Positions 8,982-19,613 of a stretch of 64,000 bases of DNA are shown piece by piece. Below the pieces are notes generated by a model. That model was given only the letters and a program-made list of their open reading frames with translations, did no database searches and was not told the origin of the DNA. Within the stretch, counting starts at the first letter, position 1, and every line of letters begins with the position of its first letter. Source of the DNA: a virus; the IMG/VR virus record IMGVR_UViG_3300021255_000080. One strand, written 5' to 3'. Position numbers and translations under genes: made by a program.

Positions 8982-9375
8982 CGTCATGGTTCCGCTCGAC
9001 GCGTTCGCGCGCGGCATAGAGCAGCTCGTCGGGGACATCCCCGAGTCCTGCAGGAACGCCGCCAACAAGGCGACGGCGCAGGCCACCCGCAAGGGCGTCA
9101 AGACCGTCAAGCAGTACGCCAAGAAGGGCGGCCGCACGAAATGGTCCGACGAGTACGTGGGCGGCTTCCAGTCCCACGTCGAGAAGGGCGTCGTCGCGGT
9201 CGGCGAGATCGGGAACAAGGCCAAGCCGGGCCTCGTGCACCTGCTCGAGAAGGGCCACTACACCCTGACCAGCAGGCGCACGCAGGCGTTCCCCCATCTC
9301 GCGCCCGCTTTCGACGAGATAAAGGACGACTTCGTCGAGCGGATGGAGAGGGAAGTCGGGGGTGCGCTGAAATGA
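8971..9375 (+). CDS. tail component (HK97 gp10-like)
   Basis: 134 aa at the conserved position after the head-closure gene. Confidence 0.55.
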   Translation: MGRNVMVPLDAFARGIEQLVGDIPESCRNAANKATAQATRKGVKTVKQYAKKGGRTKWSDEYVGGFQSHVEKGVVAVGEIGNKAKPGLVHLLEKGHYTLTSRRTQAFPHLAPAFDEIKDDFVERMEREVGGALK

Positions 9376-9707
9376 GCCACGCCACAGTCCAGGAGGCGGT
9401 GTCGAAGCACGTGCCCTGCTGCCACATGGAGTGGCCCGACTCCGCAGTGCCCGACGTCCCGTTCGCCTGCTACCTGCTCGACTACGACAAGCCCATATGC
9501 GCCGGCGACGTGGAGATAGCCGTCCGCCACAAGTGGATGGTCGAGCTCTACGAGAAGCGGCGCGACAAGGAGCTCGAGACCGCCCTGGGCGACGAGCTGC
9601 GAGAGCGGTTCGGACCGGTCAGGCGCGACGAGCAATGGATTGAGAACGACAACCTCCTGCAGGTTGTCTACACGTTCTACGAGATCGAAGGAGAATTCGA
9701 TGGCTAA
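9372..9707 (+). CDS. tail completion-like protein
   Basis: ATGA overlap; 111 aa MSHATVQEAV...; position before the major tail gene. Confidence 0.45.
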   Translation: MSHATVQEAVSKHVPCCHMEWPDSAVPDVPFACYLLDYDKPICAGDVEIAVRHKWMVELYEKRRDKELETALGDELRERFGPVRRDEQWIENDNLLQVVYTFYEIEGEFDG

Positions 9708-10302
9708 CAAGATTCGCTACGGCCTGAGCAACACCAAGTACGCTCTCGTCGAGGAGGACGCCACCTCCACCGAGCCGAAGTACGGCACCCCGAAGCCCAT
9801 GCCTGGTGCGGTGTCCCTGAGCCTCTCCCGCGAGGGCGGCGACAGCTCGGACTTCTACGCCGACAACGGCATCTACTACACGTTCGAGGGAACCAACGGC
9901 GGCTACTCGGCAGAGCTCGAGCTCGCCCGCATCACCGACGAGATCCGCGTCGACCTGCTCGGCGAGACGATCGACGAGGGAACCGGCATCCAGTACGAGT
10001 CCACCGACTCGGTCGCCAGCGAGTTCGCGCTCATCACCGAGATGCAGGGCGACAAGAACCCGATTGCTTTCGTGTTCTACAGCTGCAAGGCGTCTCGCCC
10101 GGAGCTGAACGCCAACACCAAGAACGACTCGCCCGACGTCGACACCGACACGCTCAACATCCGCATCGCGTCCCAGGAGATGACCTGCAAGGGCGTGAAG
10201 AAGAACGTCGTCCAGGCCCACATCGAGAAGACGACCGAGAACGCCTCGAAGTACGCCGAGTTCTTCACCAAGGTCGTCAAGCCGACCGAGGCTTCTGCTT
10301 AG
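9700..10302 (+). CDS. major tail protein
   Basis: 200 aa MANKIRYGLSNTKYALVEE...; sits immediately upstream of the chaperone/TMP pair. Confidence 0.65.
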   Translation: MANKIRYGLSNTKYALVEEDATSTEPKYGTPKPMPGAVSLSLSREGGDSSDFYADNGIYYTFEGTNGGYSAELELARITDEIRVDLLGETIDEGTGIQYESTDSVASEFALITEMQGDKNPIAFVFYSCKASRPELNANTKNDSPDVDTDTLNIRIASQEMTCKGVKKNVVQAHIEKTTENASKYAEFFTKVVKPTEASA

Positions 10303-10312
10303 GGGGCCGCGG

Positions 10313-10681
10313 ATGTTCGAGATTTCCATTGACGGCAAGAAGGTCCAGGTCGAGGTGTCGTTCTACACGGCGCACCTCTACGAGGCGGAGTTCCGCAGGG
10401 ACATGCTGCAGGACTTCTTCGGCGACGTGCTGAAGACGGAGGAGCAGATCCAGGTCGACGAGGACCAGAACATCGTGAACATCGACTTCCAGAAGATCAA
10501 CTGGATGGCGGCGAACCGCGTGCTCTGGGCCGCAATCAAGACGGCGGACGAATCCGCCCCGAACTACTTCGAATGGTCGAAGAAGACCCGCGGCACAAAC
10601 ATGTGGGAGGCGCGGGACAGCCTGGCGGCGGAGGTCGCCGACTGCTTCTTTCGTGCCGACGTTGCCGAAGAGGAAGTCTAA
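10313..10681 (+). CDS. tail assembly chaperone (G-like)
   Basis: 122-aa acidic protein between the major tail protein and TMP. Confidence 0.6.
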   Translation: MFEISIDGKKVQVEVSFYTAHLYEAEFRRDMLQDFFGDVLKTEEQIQVDEDQNIVNIDFQKINWMAANRVLWAAIKTADESAPNYFEWSKKTRGTNMWEARDSLAAEVADCFFRADVAEEEV

Positions 10682-10889
10682 GGGCTCCGGGAACCAGGAC
10701 ACGCCGAGGCCCATGTCGAGGATGGCGGTCAACGCCCTCTCCATGGGCCTCTCGTGGCGCGACCTGCGCCACATGAAGTACACGCACCTTATGCAGCTCC
10801 TGTGGGAATGGGAGGACATGCACGGGGCAGATGTCGACGAGTACGTCGACGCGAAGCCCTCAGACGTCAAGGCGCTCATGAGATTGTAA
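10653..10889 (+). CDS. frameshift extension of tail assembly chaperone (GT-like; +1 frame)
   Basis: ORF in the +1 frame overlaps the end of 10313-10681. Candidate slip site C-TTC-TTT-CGT at 10646-10654. Confidence 0.45.
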   Translation: MPTLPKRKSKGSGNQDTPRPMSRMAVNALSMGLSWRDLRHMKYTHLMQLLWEWEDMHGADVDEYVDAKPSDVKALMRL

Positions 10890-10899
10890 GGAGACAGAG

Positions 10900-13800
10900 A
10901 TGGCCGATGCATTCCGTGGCCTGACGATTCGGCTTGGAGCAGACGCGCGGCCGCTGAACTCGGCCATCAACTCCATCACCAAGAGCGCGGGCCAGGCACA
11001 GCAGCAGATGAACGCCCTGAACAAGGCGCTCAGGTTCAACCCCAACAACGTGAAGGCCATCGGCGCGATGGTCGACCTGGCCGGCGACAAGGCCGTGCTG
11101 TCCGCACGCAAGGTGCAGACCCTCAAGAACGCGATGAGCCAGGCGAAGGCCGAGAGCAGGCAGATGTTCGCCGGCACCGCCTTCGCGGGCAAGGACATCG
11201 AGAAGCTGGCCTCGGGCATGACCGACGTCTACTCGAAGACCCAGCGCGCCAGGTCGGAGACCACCCACCTCACGGCCGAGCTCCAGCACGTCTACGACGC
11301 GCTGAAGAGGGCCGCGAAGGTCGACATGGGCATAAGCGCCGAAAAGGCCGGAAAGTACGTGAGCGGCCTGCAGCGCAACCTCTCGCTGGGAGGGGCGGCG
11401 GCCGAGAGGGCCGAGAAGAAGATCGCCGAGCTGTTCGACAAGGTGAGGTCGGGCGACGCCGTGTTCGAGACGTTCGGTCTCGCCGCCGGCGACATCGACA
11501 AGCTCAAGGACAAGTTCTACGGGCTTCGCGCGGAGTTCTCCGCGGCGGACAAGAACCTCAAGGCCCTCAACAAGATCGAGGGCTTCAGGGCAATCCAGAA
11601 CCAGGTGATTGTATTCAAATCCGAGTTGAGGGAGGCTGCTGCCGAAGCAGCCCGCCTCAAGTCGCAGTTCTACGCCCTGGGAGGCTCAGAGAAGCTGGGC
11701 GAGGCGGCGAGGAGCGCGAAGATGCTCGACAACGCGCTCGAGCAGTCCGTCCAGGCGGCCGAGGAAATGAAGGCCGCGTTCAAGATGCTGCCGACCAGCG
11801 TCGAAGCGGCCCGCATCAAGGCGCACGCGATGGCGGACGCCGAGGACACCATCAAGCAGAAGCTCGAGGGCGTCAAGGCGCTGCTCAGGGAGATCGAGAA
11901 GACACCCGGCTTCGACAAGGTTGCGGCGTCCTCGAGGAACGCGTGGGCGGACGTCGAGAAGCTCGAGAACAGGCACGCCGAGCTGGGGTACCAGCTGCGG
12001 GAGAACAAATCCGAGATGGAAGCCCTCGCCGCGGCGTCGCGGGAGCTCATCAGGCAGAAGCCGGACGGGTACAAGAAAAGCCTCAAAGCGATAGGCGAAG
12101 AGCTGAGGACGCTCAAGTCCCGCGAAAGGGAGGTCCTTACCGAGACGAAGGCCGTCGAAGGCCAGATGAAGACCGCCAACCTCTCGAAGACATGGGCGGA
12201 GGGCAGGATAGAGCTGACCAAGTACATGGCGAAGCTCAAGGAGCTCGACTTCCAGAAATCCATCATGTCGAAGCTGGGCGGCATCGGCCAGTCGTTCAGG
12301 CAGTTCGGCTATGGCATGTACGCATCAATCACGCCCGCCATCATGATGGCGGGACGCTACGCCATCCAGGCTGCGAGGGACACCGACGCGGCCTACCGCG
12401 ACATGCGCAAGACGGTCAACGGCTCGGAAAAAGATTTCGAGGCGCTGAAGAACGACGCAATCGAGTTCTCTCGCACCCATATCACGACCGCCGAACAGCT
12501 CCTCGAGATCGAGGCGATCGGCGGCCAGCTCGGCATCACGGTCGACAACCTCCGCGACTTCGCGCACACGGTGTCGAACCTCGACATCGCGACGAACATG
12601 GACTCGGAGGAAATCGCAACCGACCTCGGCAAGATGGCGTCCGTAATGGACATCAACGTCGACGAATACGACAACTTCGGCGACTCCCTCGTGCGACTGG
12701 GCAACAACTTCCCGGCCATGGAGTCCGACATCATGACCATCACAACGCGCTTCATGGGCATGGGCAAGGTCGTCGGCATGAGCGCCGACCAGATGCTCGC
12801 GTGGTCCACCGCCGTAACGTCGACCGGCCAGAAGCCGTACGCAGGCGGCTCCTCCATGCAGCGATTCATCAACGACGTCAACCTCGCCGTCGCCGAAGGT
12901 AACGACAAGATGGAGCTGTTCGCCAAGACGGCCGGCATGACGGGCGAGGAGTTCAAGCAGTCCTTCAGCCAGGACGCCAGCGGCACCCTCTACAAGGTAG
13001 TCCAAGGACTCGGCGACATGCAGAAGAACGGCGAGAACGTCGGCGTGCGCCTCGACGACCTCGGAGTCAAGACCGTACAGTACCGCCAGCTCCTCCTGGG
13101 CCTGGCGAACCAGATGGCGAACGGCACCCACGAGTCGAACCTCCTGGCAGACGCGCTCAGGATGTCGGGAGAGGCGTACAAGGGCACGTACTCCATCACC
13201 AGCGACGGTAAGATCGAAGAAGCTGGCGATGCAATGCGAGAGGCCGAAAAGAAGTCAGAAGGCTTCTCCGGCACGCTCGGCAAGATGTCGAACGAGGCGA
13301 AGGCTCTCGGCATGGAACTCGCGGAGGGCACGGTCCCGTTCCTCAACGACATGCGCACCATGTTCCACGACGCGGCGGAGCAGGTGCACGGGTTCGACGA
13401 CGGCACCAAGCAGATGGTCGCCGGAATAGCGGGTGTCGCAGCCGCGTCAGGCCCCGTGACCGTCGGGCTCGGCACCCTCATCAGCTCGGTCGGGGAGATC
13501 AACAAGATGTTCTCGTCCGGAAGCGGCAAGCTGACGGAATGGGCCGCGAAGCTCAACCCCGCGGGAGAGGGCGCGAAGAAGACCTCGAAGGCCGCCCAGG
13601 GCCTCGGCAAGGCCCTCGGGTTCCTCAGCACGACGAAGGGCCTGCTCGCGGGCGCCGGCATCGCCGTCGCCATTGGTGTTGTGGCCGACGCGTTCAAGAA
13701 GGCCGAGGAGAAGGCGAACAACTACCGCGACGCGATAGAGGGCATGGCGAACCTCTCGAAGGACCACGCGGTGAAGCTGCGCCAGGCTTCGAAGGAAGTC

Positions 13801-15801
13801 GACGACAACGGCAACGCGATGAAGATAAACGCCCTGAGCGTCGACGAGCTCGCCGAGAAGAACGGCTCGCTCACTAGGTCGATCGCGGAGAAGAACGACG
13901 CCGCAGCCGACGAGATAAACAGGCTCAACTCCGCGTACAGCGTCATCAACAAGTACCTCGGCAAGACGGTCGAGGGCGCGTCCGCCCAGGGCCAGCTCTA
14001 CTCGGCCGTGCAGACGGTGAACGACATCTGCGGCACGCAGTACTCGGTGCTCGACGCGTCGAAGGGCAAGCTGGCAGACGAGAACGGGCAGATCCTCCAG
14101 AACATCGACTCGCTCAAGGACTACGTCGAGCAGAAGCGGATCGCCATACAGCAGGAGGCCCTGTCTGCCGCCATCAGCAGCGCGATGGAAGCAGAGAGCG
14201 AGGCTCTGAAGACCTACACCGAGGAGCGGAAGAAGCTCCAGGAGATGGAAGAGACTTACCCGTTGGGATCGCTCACACCGGAACAGGGCGAACAGTGGGC
14301 GGAGCAGAAGACGAAGGTCGAGGACGCGAAGGCGATGTACGACTCGGCGCACCAGAGCGTCGAGAAGTTCACGACCGACCTCGGCGAGCAGGCGGCGGCG
14401 AGCCAGAAGACGGCCAAGACCATCAGCGACCTCGTCGACCAGAACTACAACCTGAAGTCGTTGTTCGCGACCACCGACGACGCGAACCGGTTCAAGAGCG
14501 AGCTCGAGAACTTCGGCATGACGGCCGAGGAATTCAAGGGCATCAACGACCTGACCTGGTCCGACATTATCGGCCAGTGGAGCACGGGCAAGCAGACGCT
14601 CGCGGAAATCCTCAGCGGCATGGGGATGAGCGCGAGGACGGCAGCCGAGTCGTTCTCCGCCGAGATGGGCAAGACCAAGGACGGCGGCGACAAGTTCGCG
14701 CTCATGTGCGACAACCTCAAGGTCAAGCAAGACGACTTCGCGAACAACCTCGTCAACGTGGGAATCAACGCGCAGCAGATGTCGGCGCTCGGCTCGGCGG
14801 CGTTCCAGGCGCTCTACAACTCTTCCGGGCAGAACCTCGACCTCGTCAAGTACAAGATCGACGCAATCAACCAGGCGAACATCGACCCGAAGAACCTGAC
14901 GGTCACCGACAATGGGCAAATCGCCAACAAGAAGGGCGAGCTCATCGACTTCAACAACTTCAAGATAGGCGACAAGGTTTTCAAGGTCGACGAGACGGGC
15001 ATCCACGAGGTCAAGCAGAAGACCGAGGAGCTCAAGGCGTCTGCGGACGAGGCCGACGGAGCGGAAGTCAACGTCGACGCCAAGGTGACAGGAGCCGAGC
15101 AATCGGAGGCGCAGCTCGAGGACCTGTCGGCGAAGGCAGACGCCCTCGAGGGCGAGGGGGTCGACATCCCCGTCCAAGCCGACAACGCGGAGGCGATGGC
15201 GAAGCTGTCCGAGATCAACGGCTTCGAATTCAAGCCTAAGAAAATCACGGTCAGCGCCACGACCGACAGCGCCGTGAGCGCCATCGGCAGGGTCGAAGGC
15301 GCCCTCAGGAAGGTCAAGGACAAGAAGGTCGGCGTCAGCGCGGTCGTTTCGGGCAAGGGGACCGTGGACGCCCTGGCGGTCGCCATCAGCCAGCTGCACG
15401 ACAAGGAAATCACCGTAACCGTGCACAAGAAGGAAGACAAGCAGGCCACGGGCGGCGTCAACATGGCGCAGCTCTACCCGGTGAGGGCCTTCGCCACGGG
15501 CGGCGCCATCAACGGCATCGTGCGCAAGGCGATGGTCACGAGCCAGGGCCTAATAGGGGAGGCCGGCACCGAGGCCGTGCTGAACATGGGCAGGTCCGCG
15601 GCCGTGGTCCCGCTTTCCAACCGCCGCTACGTGCGCCCGTTCGCGAGGGCCGTGGCGAAAGAAATGGGAGGCGGCGGCCAGACCGTCCAGTCGACCACCA
15701 TGAACGTGTACCTCGACGGAAACTTCGTCGCGGGCGGAGTGAGCGAATCCACGACGCTTGGCGAGCTCGCCAGCGGCTTGAGAAGGAAGGCCAGGGCCTA
15801 G
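10900..15801 (+). CDS. tape measure protein
   Basis: 1633 aa, alpha-helical/coiled-coil, with predicted internal TM/Gly-rich segment (GIAGVAAASGPVTVGLGTLI...). Positioned after the chaperone. Confidence 0.9.
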   Translation: MADAFRGLTIRLGADARPLNSAINSITKSAGQAQQQMNALNKALRFNPNNVKAIGAMVDLAGDKAVLSARKVQTLKNAMSQAKAESRQMFAGTAFAGKDIEKLASGMTDVYSKTQRARSETTHLTAELQHVYDALKRAAKVDMGISAEKAGKYVSGLQRNLSLGGAAAERAEKKIAELFDKVRSGDAVFETFGLAAGDIDKLKDKFYGLRAEFSAADKNLKALNKIEGFRAIQNQVIVFKSELREAAAEAARLKSQFYALGGSEKLGEAARSAKMLDNALEQSVQAAEEMKAAFKMLPTSVEAARIKAHAMADAEDTIKQKLEGVKALLREIEKTPGFDKVAASSRNAWADVEKLENRHAELGYQLRENKSEMEALAAASRELIRQKPDGYKKSLKAIGEELRTLKSREREVLTETKAVEGQMKTANLSKTWAEGRIELTKYMAKLKELDFQKSIMSKLGGIGQSFRQFGYGMYASITPAIMMAGRYAIQAARDTDAAYRDMRKTVNGSEKDFEALKNDAIEFSRTHITTAEQLLEIEAIGGQLGITVDNLRDFAHTVSNLDIATNMDSEEIATDLGKMASVMDINVDEYDNFGDSLVRLGNNFPAMESDIMTITTRFMGMGKVVGMSADQMLAWSTAVTSTGQKPYAGGSSMQRFINDVNLAVAEGNDKMELFAKTAGMTGEEFKQSFSQDASGTLYKVVQGLGDMQKNGENVGVRLDDLGVKTVQYRQLLLGLANQMANGTHESNLLADALRMSGEAYKGTYSITSDGKIEEAGDAMREAEKKSEGFSGTLGKMSNEAKALGMELAEGTVPFLNDMRTMFHDAAEQVHGFDDGTKQMVAGIAGVAAASGPVTVGLGTLISSVGEINKMFSSGSGKLTEWAAKLNPAGEGAKKTSKAAQGLGKALGFLSTTKGLLAGAGIAVAIGVVADAFKKAEEKANNYRDAIEGMANLSKDHAVKLRQASKEVDDNGNAMKINALSVDELAEKNGSLTRSIAEKNDAAADEINRLNSAYSVINKYLGKTVEGASAQGQLYSAVQTVNDICGTQYSVLDASKGKLADENGQILQNIDSLKDYVEQKRIAIQQEALSAAISSAMEAESEALKTYTEERKKLQEMEETYPLGSLTPEQGEQWAEQKTKVEDAKAMYDSAHQSVEKFTTDLGEQAAASQKTAKTISDLVDQNYNLKSLFATTDDANRFKSELENFGMTAEEFKGINDLTWSDIIGQWSTGKQTLAEILSGMGMSARTAAESFSAEMGKTKDGGDKFALMCDNLKVKQDDFANNLVNVGINAQQMSALGSAAFQALYNSSGQNLDLVKYKIDAINQANIDPKNLTVTDNGQIANKKGELIDFNNFKIGDKVFKVDETGIHEVKQKTEELKASADEADGAEVNVDAKVTGAEQSEAQLEDLSAKADALEGEGVDIPVQADNAEAMAKLSEINGFEFKPKKITVSATTDSAVSAIGRVEGALRKVKDKKVGVSAVVSGKGTVDALAVAISQLHDKEITVTVHKKEDKQATGGVNMAQLYPVRAFATGGAINGIVRKAMVTSQGLIGEAGTEAVLNMGRSAAVVPLSNRRYVRPFARAVAKEMGGGGQTVQSTTMNVYLDGNFVAGGVSESTTLGELASGLRRKARA

Positions 15802-15802
15802 C

Positions 15803-18556
15803 ATGGCGAAGAAGAAGAACAAGAAGAAGTCGGACTACAAGTACACGGGGAAATACAAAGGCAAAAAGTCCGGCACTGGCACGTTTTCAAAAAGCAAAAA
15901 TGCGCAAAAGGCCGTCAACAAGAAGGGCGGGCTCCCGTCGTACACCGAGGCGGGAACGAAGCTCGCGCAGGCGTCGAAGACCGGCAAGACCGGCAAGAAC
16001 GTCGCCCTTCTGAGGATCGGCGCGCTGGGCAGCGGGAGCATGGCCGTCCTGTTCCGGTTCAAGTGCGACCAGAACGTGAAGCACATCAAGGAGTTCGAGA
16101 TCGACCTCGAGTGGCATTCGTCCGGCGTCAACCAGTGGATCGAGATGGGCAACAGGGTCGCGAGCGTCAACCCCGATTCGGAAGCGGCGGGGTGGTACAC
16201 GTACACCTTCGACGCCCCAAGCGACGTCGACTGCGACCAGATCAGGGCCCGCGTGAGGCCAACCTCGAATTCCTACAGCGCGCAGGAGGAGTACTACGCG
16301 CCGAAAAAGAAGACCGTCAAGTACACGGACAGCAAGGGGAAGAAGCGTAAGAAGAAGGTCTGGGTAAACGAGAAAAAGACGAGGACGTCGCAGAAGCCGT
16401 ACTTCTCGACTCCAGGCTTCTCCGACTGGGCAATATTGTCTCCCGCCCCGGCGAAAGCCGACGAGGACGGGGAGAGCCCAGACCTCAAGACCGCGAAGCC
16501 CGAGAGGCCGTCGGAGCCGAGCGCGGCGCTCCAGTCGAACGGGGACGTGGAGCTGACGTTCGAGGCCATCGACTCGAAGAAAGCTGGGAACGAGCGGAGG
16601 ATCTACCGCTGCGAGGACGGGAGCTACACGTCCGCCGGGAAGGACGTGAGCAACGCCATCACGGCCGACGGAACCGCGAGGTTCGTGGACACCGAGACGC
16701 ACGACGGGCACGAATACCGCTATTACATCCAGGCGTACAACAACAGGAGCAACCCCGCGCTGGAGAGCGAGGGGCTGTCCCTGCCGACCGACCTTTGCGA
16801 GCCGGTCAGGATGCCGCCCGTCGACGTGGCGTGGATCAACGCGTCGTGCTTCGGCAACGACAGCGCAGAGGTGTCCTTCGAATACCCGGACGACGCCTAC
16901 CACCTCGCTATCACGAGCGCGAAGGTGTACTACGCCGACAACCTCGAGGTGCTCACGAAGAACACGACGGCGAACAGCTCGGTCGAGGTGACGCTCGGGC
17001 TCCAGCGGATGACGACGATAGTGACGGGGCTCGAGTCCGGGAAGACGTGGTACTTCGCAGCGTGGCTGAAGACCGGCGACGAGGAGCAGTGCGAGCTCTT
17101 CAGCGAGATGACGGCGAGCTGCACCATCGCGACGACGCCCGACCCCCCGACCATCATGTCGCTGCCGAGGGCGGCGTACGTCGGGGAGACCGTCGACGTG
17201 CAGTGGACGCACAACAACGCCGACGGGTCCGCCCAGACCGCCGCTGAAATCTCCGTGACGGCGAGCGGCGGGGAGCCGACCGTCTACACGACGGGCGGCG
17301 ACGAGTTCTACTCGGTCGTCCTCGGCGCCGACAAGTTCACGGACTCTTCCACCTGCTCGATAAAGGTGCGCACGAAGGGCGCCGCGGACAAGTGGTCGGA
17401 ATGGAGCGAGGACGTCGAGATGACCGTCTACGCGAAGCCCGCCGCGTCGATCTCGATACCCGACGCGAAGCCCGAGGGGCCCCTGGGGGCGCGCGTAGAC
17501 AAGCTGCCGGTCCAGTTCGACCTGTCGGTCGCCGTGAGGTCCGGCGCCTTGTCGCAGTCCGTGACGCAGTGGAAGCTCGTCCTGTCGGCCAAGGAGCAGA
17601 TCGATTTCGTCGACGGATACGGCAACGACGCCGTGCTCGCCCCCAACGAGGTCGTGTCCGAAATAACGGTCGACTCGAGCGACGAAGACTTCTCGCAGCC
17701 CGGGCAGACGGTGGAGGTCACGGCGATCGACGCCGTGTTCGTCAACGGTGCGTCATACGACGCGACCGTATACGCCCTCATGGACAGCGGCCTCGAGGCG
17801 GAGCCGTTCACCGTGTCGTTCGACTGCGCCATCAGCAGCGGCATGGAGTCGCCCACCGCGTACATCTCGACCATGTTCGACTGGAGCGCCAGGATCTACC
17901 CGTCGCTCTACAAGTACGAGGAGGTGGAAGGCGAGACCGTCGCGACCTTGGACGACAGGGTCCTGTTCACCATCTTCAGGGTCGGGCAGGACGGCTCGCT
18001 CGACATGGTCCAGTCCGAGGTGCCCAACGCGGAAGGGGTGTTCGCGGTCGACAGGCACCCCTCGTTCGGGACAATGAACTACCGCATAGTGGCGAACCAC
18101 CAGGACACCGACGAGGTCACGGTCACCGACATAGAGGACGACAACGACTGGAACTACATCCTCATCCAATGGGACGAGAGGGCGGGCGTCCTCGACCAGG
18201 ACGACGAGAACGTCCAGTTCGCCTTCGAGCACGTCCAGCTGCCGTGGAACGTCACCGTGAGCCAGTCGAGCTCCAAGGACGTGGCCTTCAAGCACTACCA
18301 GGGCCGAAAGCACCCGGTTGCGCTGTACGGCACGCAGGTCGGGGAGACGGGAAGCTGGTCGTGCGAAATCGTCAAGTACGAGGAGGACGACGAGCTCAGG
18401 CGGCTCAGGAGGCTCGCCGCGTGGATGGGCGAGTGCTGGGTGCGCGACGCGTCCGGCCTTAGCTACCCCGCGAACGTGGACGTGAAAATCAACCGGTCGT
18501 GGAACTCGGCCGCCATCTCCGTCGATTTGGAGGTGACACGCATCGATGAGTACTGA
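15803..18556 (+). CDS. large distal tail (Dit-position) protein with polylysine N-terminus and Ig/FN3-like beta-rich repeats
   Basis: 917 aa; N-terminus MAKKKNKKKSDYKYTGKYKGKKSG...; repeated beta-rich segments. Directly after TMP. Confidence 0.5.
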   Translation: MAKKKNKKKSDYKYTGKYKGKKSGTGTFSKSKNAQKAVNKKGGLPSYTEAGTKLAQASKTGKTGKNVALLRIGALGSGSMAVLFRFKCDQNVKHIKEFEIDLEWHSSGVNQWIEMGNRVASVNPDSEAAGWYTYTFDAPSDVDCDQIRARVRPTSNSYSAQEEYYAPKKKTVKYTDSKGKKRKKKVWVNEKKTRTSQKPYFSTPGFSDWAILSPAPAKADEDGESPDLKTAKPERPSEPSAALQSNGDVELTFEAIDSKKAGNERRIYRCEDGSYTSAGKDVSNAITADGTARFVDTETHDGHEYRYYIQAYNNRSNPALESEGLSLPTDLCEPVRMPPVDVAWINASCFGNDSAEVSFEYPDDAYHLAITSAKVYYADNLEVLTKNTTANSSVEVTLGLQRMTTIVTGLESGKTWYFAAWLKTGDEEQCELFSEMTASCTIATTPDPPTIMSLPRAAYVGETVDVQWTHNNADGSAQTAAEISVTASGGEPTVYTTGGDEFYSVVLGADKFTDSSTCSIKVRTKGAADKWSEWSEDVEMTVYAKPAASISIPDAKPEGPLGARVDKLPVQFDLSVAVRSGALSQSVTQWKLVLSAKEQIDFVDGYGNDAVLAPNEVVSEITVDSSDEDFSQPGQTVEVTAIDAVFVNGASYDATVYALMDSGLEAEPFTVSFDCAISSGMESPTAYISTMFDWSARIYPSLYKYEEVEGETVATLDDRVLFTIFRVGQDGSLDMVQSEVPNAEGVFAVDRHPSFGTMNYRIVANHQDTDEVTVTDIEDDNDWNYILIQWDERAGVLDQDDENVQFAFEHVQLPWNVTVSQSSSKDVAFKHYQGRKHPVALYGTQVGETGSWSCEIVKYEEDDELRRLRRLAAWMGECWVRDASGLSYPANVDVKINRSWNSAAISVDLEVTRIDEY

Positions 18557-19613
18557 TTGGGAGAGCGGCTACGGCGTCTCGTTCGAGTTCTGGGAGGTGG
18601 ACAAGGACACCTTCAAGGACGCGAGGAGGCTCTACTACGTCGAGGAATGCGAGATAGTGCGGGACGCCGGAGACGAGACGCTCGGCAGCGCCACCATGAC
18701 CATAGGGGACAGGACCATCGACGAGGAGACCTACATCCGAGTCTACCTGATGGCGGAGCAGCCCGCGGGAAGCGGCAACGTGGAGCGCGTGTGCCTCGGC
18801 ACGTTCCTGTCCCAGGTGCCCATCGTCAAGATGGACGGCAAGGGGCTCGAGCGGCCCCTCGAGCTGTCGACGCCGCTGAAGGAGCTCGCAGACGACAACC
18901 CTCCGGCAGGCTACACCGTCCGCGCCGGGACGGACGCCGTGAAGGCCCTCGAGTACATCCACAAGCGCGGCCACGTGAAGGTCGTCCACAGCACCGCGAC
19001 TGCGAAGGTTCCCAAGGACATAACGGCGAACGACTCGGACACCTGGCTCAGCTTCGGCACGGCCGTCCTCGAGTCGGTGAACATGGAGCGGACGCTCGAC
19101 CCGTACGGGTACGTCGGCTTCGCGCCCGTCAAGGACGCGGGCGCCCTTGCCACGTCGTACACGTACGCGGACAACTTCGTGAGCATCCTCATGCCCGAGG
19201 CGGAGCTGACGTGCGACTGGCACAACGTCCCGAACGTCGTGGAGGTGCTCGTGTCGACTTCCAGCACGCTGTTCAAGGTGCAGTGCGTCAACGACGACCC
19301 GAGCTCGAACGTTTCCACGGTGAAGAGGGGGCGCATCAAGCGCGAGAGGGTCAACAACCCCGAGGGCGTGACGACCAAGGAGCAGGCGCAGGTCTACGCG
19401 AGGTCGAAGCTGCGGGAGCTGTCGTGCTCCGAGCGCGAGGTCACGTACACGCACGGCTACTGCCCCGTCAGGCTGGGGGACGGCGTGCGCCTCTACTACG
19501 GCGAGTACAGCCTCGACTGCGACCTGAAGGTGAAGAGGCAGGTGATCCGCTGCAGGACCGACCTGGAGGTCGAGGAGACCGGCACATACACGGAGGTGCT
19601 TTGGAATGGATAG
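18546..19613 (+). CDS. tail/baseplate hub (Tal N-domain-like) protein
   Basis: 355 aa immediately after the Dit-position gene. Confidence 0.45.
   Translation: MSTDWESGYGVSFEFWEVDKDTFKDARRLYYVEECEIVRDAGDETLGSATMTIGDRTIDEETYIRVYLMAEQPAGSGNVERVCLGTFLSQVPIVKMDGKGLERPLELSTPLKELADDNPPAGYTVRAGTDAVKALEYIHKRGHVKVVHSTATAKVPKDITANDSDTWLSFGTAVLESVNMERTLDPYGYVGFAPVKDAGALATSYTYADNFVSILMPEAELTCDWHNVPNVVEVLVSTSSTLFKVQCVNDDPSSNVSTVKRGRIKRERVNNPEGVTTKEQAQVYARSKLRELSCSEREVTYTHGYCPVRLGDGVRLYYGEYSLDCDLKVKRQVIRCRTDLEVEETGTYTEVLWNG

Noticed and set aside
13447-15426. 659-aa minus ORF inside TMP
   Set aside because: Antisense artefact.
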